DNA of 63,378 bases, counting the filler, from Chiloscyllium plagiosum (lineage: Eukaryota), in assembly GCF_004010195.1 (NCBI RefSeq). It is 4 parts of one record of this genome, joined end to end, with 100 filler letters (N's around TTAATTAATTAA, not from the genome) between each part and the next. Parts side by side here need not be neighbours in the genome. Positions count along the whole stretch, not along the records: positions 57,097 to 63,378 come from NC_057712.1; 3 more parts are not named here. One strand, written 5' to 3'. Below, piece by piece: positions 60,231-63,378 of the stretch; the first letter of the stretch is position 1, and each line of letters opens with the position of its first letter. The translations under genes and the position numbers were made by a program. The notes beneath the pieces were generated by a model that searched no databases, was not told the DNA's origin, and saw nothing but the letters and a program-made list of their open reading frames with translations.

Positions 60231-60439
60231 ACCTGCTTCTATTACTACTCCAGTAGCTTGAGCATGGGAATTTTAATCATATGCTGTGGTCAATGCCAAA
60301 ATTAGTTTGGAAGTAAGATGGTGGTGATTTTCCAATGTAGTTTTAGTCTTTCTACTGTCCTATTTTTTGGGGAATGAAAGTTGTCTCATACATTTAACAT
60401 GTAAAAAAAAAAGAAAATGTGCATAGAATTCCTACAAAT

Positions 60440-60640
60440 CGTACTGGGTGGTCCTGACCCCCACTTTGGGAATTCCTGGCCTATATAGCATTGTATTCCT
60501 CTCCAGTAGCAATGTGTGGGTACCCACATCACGTGCATGACAGTGGTTCAGGAAGGTACCTCGTCACTACCTTAAGCATGGGTAATTAAGGATGGGTAGT
60601 AAATGCTGATGTGGCTAGCAAAGCCCATATCTTACATTAG
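60440..60640 (+). mobile_element. CR1/L2-group LINE 3' end, degraded
   Basis: GCAATGTGTGGGTACC..CAGTGGTTCAGGAAG..GGATGGGTAGTAAATGCTG is homologous to 22830-22960. Confidence 0.6.
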
Positions 60641-61057
60641 TAGAAGTAAGAAAATGGTAAAGCCATGGGGTTGCATGCTGGAATCACGAGCCATGTCATC
60701 ACATTGCCATCCATATGTTTTTCATTGTGATTTAAATATAGCTGGCATAATGGACTTGTTCACAGTAAACATGTTGTGACAGCTGCAAGGATACTGGCAT
60801 TAATCTGCATGATTTGCTGCCTATGATTCCACTCTGGTTGTATGCATAATTCCTTTTGCTTCTGGTATTGGGCAGTGTTGACATGAAGGTCACACACAGT
60901 AATGTGAAAGTAATCAATGGCTTCCTGTAACATGAGAAATCTGCAATTCTCGCGAATACTTGTGCTTACTCCACCTGCTCCTGCTTACTTAGCAAAAGAA
61001 AATGAAATGAGGATATCTCTCTTTCAATAGTTAGCCTCAGTGCCTTATGCAGCCATC

Positions 61058-61669
61058 TGTTATGGACCAGGCCAGACCCCTCAAAACATTTCAAGAAAGT
61101 AGCCCGGACCTTAACTATGCTCAGTGTTTTAGCCAGGTGTAACGCAGGTATTCCAAGAGAGATGCAGCTGATCAAACCTCTTAGTTTTAAACAAAACAGA
61201 ATTTATTTACAAGATTACCAAATTAAACATAAACAAAAAGAAGAGAATACTGAGTAACTTAACCTATCCGAAAACCCAATAGCTTATCCCAACTTAATGA
61301 TGCAGTTCCCAATACTTGCAACAATCCCCATAAACATCCCTTGGCACAAAAGGCAAAATCAAACACAGGGTCTTACAGGAGAGATGTCAGAGAGAGGGAG
61401 GGTCAGTATGGACCTGCTTCTTTGCATCCAGCAGCTTTTTCAACTGCCTGACTACTTTCAGTGTATAGGAGAACTGACCACACCTTTTTCACTATACAAG
61501 TGTTTTTTCTTACTTAGAAGCTCTTTGCCTGAGGCAGTATCTGTTAGCTTTAATCAAGTGGCCCTCAAACCCTTCCAAGCCCAGACTTTTTGGAGTATGT
61601 CTCTGAAAACCTCTCTGAAAAAAAAAGCCAAGGACACCATGACCTTGTTAAAGGAGCAGCGTCATCACA
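61058..61669 (-). mobile_element. Solo LTR (Gypsy-like)
   Basis: TGTTATG...CATCACA termini (imperfect inverted repeats), flanks CATC/CATG (4-bp TSD, one mismatch), AATAAA on the minus strand at about 61203. Confidence 0.78.
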
Positions 61670-61695
61670 CATGTGCTGAAGTAATGAATTGAAAA

Positions 61696-61800
61696 GCTCT
61701 TGTGGCACAGTGGTAGTGTCTCTATCTCTGATTCAACCTAGGTTCAAGTCCAACTTGCAAGCGGTGTGAGGTAATGTCTCTGTAAAGGTTGATATATAAA
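61696..61800 (+). mobile_element. Short tRNA-derived SINE, same family as 58874
   Basis: CTTGTGGCACAGTGGTAGTGTC..GGTTCAAGTCC..TCTCTGTAAAGGTTGAT. Confidence 0.7.
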
Positions 61801-63122
61801 CCTTAACTGAGAGATGTTGTCAATATCTCCAGCAACAGTTTGGAAGGCCTAGTAACTACTTACATGTTGTAGGAACTAATATGTGTAGAAAATATGCAAG
61901 AAAATAAAGAAATGCAACACCACTTCCAATACATTATCAAAATTTATTAAACAATAAAAAACTCACAAATTCCCACAGCCAGAAGAAGTAAATCAAAAAT
62001 AAATAAAACTGATCTATCAACAATTGATTGTTCTTATAAATACCACAGATTGGGAAATGAGGCAAGAAAGAGAAATTGTATCATGCTGCCTAATGTAAGG
62101 TTCACAGTGCAAGGTTAAGAGAGAGTATAGGCTGGGTTGTGGAGCTCTAAATTGGAAAACTGGCAACAAATGAGCATTGATCCATCTGCTCTGCATGCCA
62201 CCAGCTTGCATTAACCCCTCAAAGTTTATGGTATGCAGTGGACCGAAGACACCATTTGTTGAAAGGGCATTGTAAGATGCAAAAAATTGGTTCTTCAGGG
62301 CCCAATGTCACTAGCCCTTTCTTCAGCAGGAGAGAGAAAAACATTACAGAGCATACATTCTGGAATTTGGTTGAATGTTTGGGACAGAATTGGCCTCTGA
62401 TCATTGATGATGCAAATAATGCTAAAACATATTTTCCAATATTTATCACATCATTACCTGAGTGCTTCAGCTAACTGAAGAATCAAAGCATGGCTTTCAC
62501 CCTCACAAATTGAGGATCTCTTCACCAAGCAACTGTGCTGCCATTTTCAGCAGGCCTGATGACAATATGTTCCTTGAATTGGAAATTACGGCGGAAGATT
62601 CCAACCAAAGCATTGGACATGGTAGTGAAGGCAACAGAAGAAAAAGCTCAATGTTGTGCCAATCAAAGTAGTTAAGGCTGGGGATGGTTGATTAGGGAAT
62701 GAAGCTGAGGCCTTCATTGAGGACTGATCTACCAAGTTCAGAAAGCATAAAGAAAACATGGCAAGGAATGAGAATGAAAAGAATGATGTGGTCAGAAGAA
62801 AGAGAAGAGCAAGACATGTCGAGAGGACTATTGGTTACAAGAATTGCTGCTTATCATCCTTGGCACCTGAAAATGAGAACTTCTTTCCTTGAAAGAGCCA
62901 GCTAGGTGAAGAATTTGTGGGCAAGACAGGAGATCATGAAAAGTACTTAAGGGAAAGTTTAATCAGGCCAACATCGAACATTTTATTTGTCAAAGTATAT
63001 GGTGATTTAGGTGCTGTATTGATAGATTCTTGCTAAATTATCAGGTCTGTTTTAGAACAAGTCATAAATAAACAGTAGATTGCATACTCATAGAAGGTAA
63101 ATGTGTCAGCATCTAGATATTT

Positions 63123-63378
63123 AGAGTCATAGTGTCATAGAGATGTACAGCACGGAAACAGAACCTTCGGTCCAACTCATCCATGCCGACCAGATATCCC
63201 CGTCCAATCTAGTCCCATTTGCCAGCACTTAGCCCATATCCCTCTGAACCCTTCCTATTAATATACCCATCCAGATGCCTTTTAAATGTTTCAATTGTAC
63301 CAGCCTCCACCACTCCTTCTGGCAGCTCATTTCATACACACACCATCCTCTGTGTAAATAAAGTTGCCCCTTAGGTCT
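63123..63378 (-). mobile_element. CR1/HER1 LINE 3' end, runs off the window
   Basis: Highly similar to 31327-31560. Confidence 0.9.

Overview
Repeat-dense vertebrate genomic DNA, almost certainly from a cartilaginous fish (shark): HE1-type V-SINEs, HER1/CR1 LINEs and shark-type Penelope terminal repeats recur throughout. No intact host protein-coding gene can be supported; almost every recognisable ORF is a decayed transposable-element fragment. The window holds many CR1-clade LINE pieces (three keep ORF1 zinc-finger/SGNH-esterase remnants), tRNA-derived SINEs of several families, a decayed Penelope-like RT ORF, many Penelope terminal-repeat (pLTR) insertions carrying minimal type I hammerhead ribozyme motifs, LTRs, Rex1/Babar and RTE 3' ends, Tigger-like MITEs and PIF/Harbinger remnants. 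Three 100-bp N-gaps with a TTAATTAATTAA linker break contiguity. The most notable signals are (i) young hammerhead-bearing Penelope insertions, including a perfect 152-bp inverted repeat with a 15-bp TSD, and (ii) three copies of an unassigned non-autonomous element with conserved ends, a Rex1-like 3' tail and a variable GC-rich body. Family names come from recalled consensus motifs, not database searches; coordinates of decayed elements are approximate.
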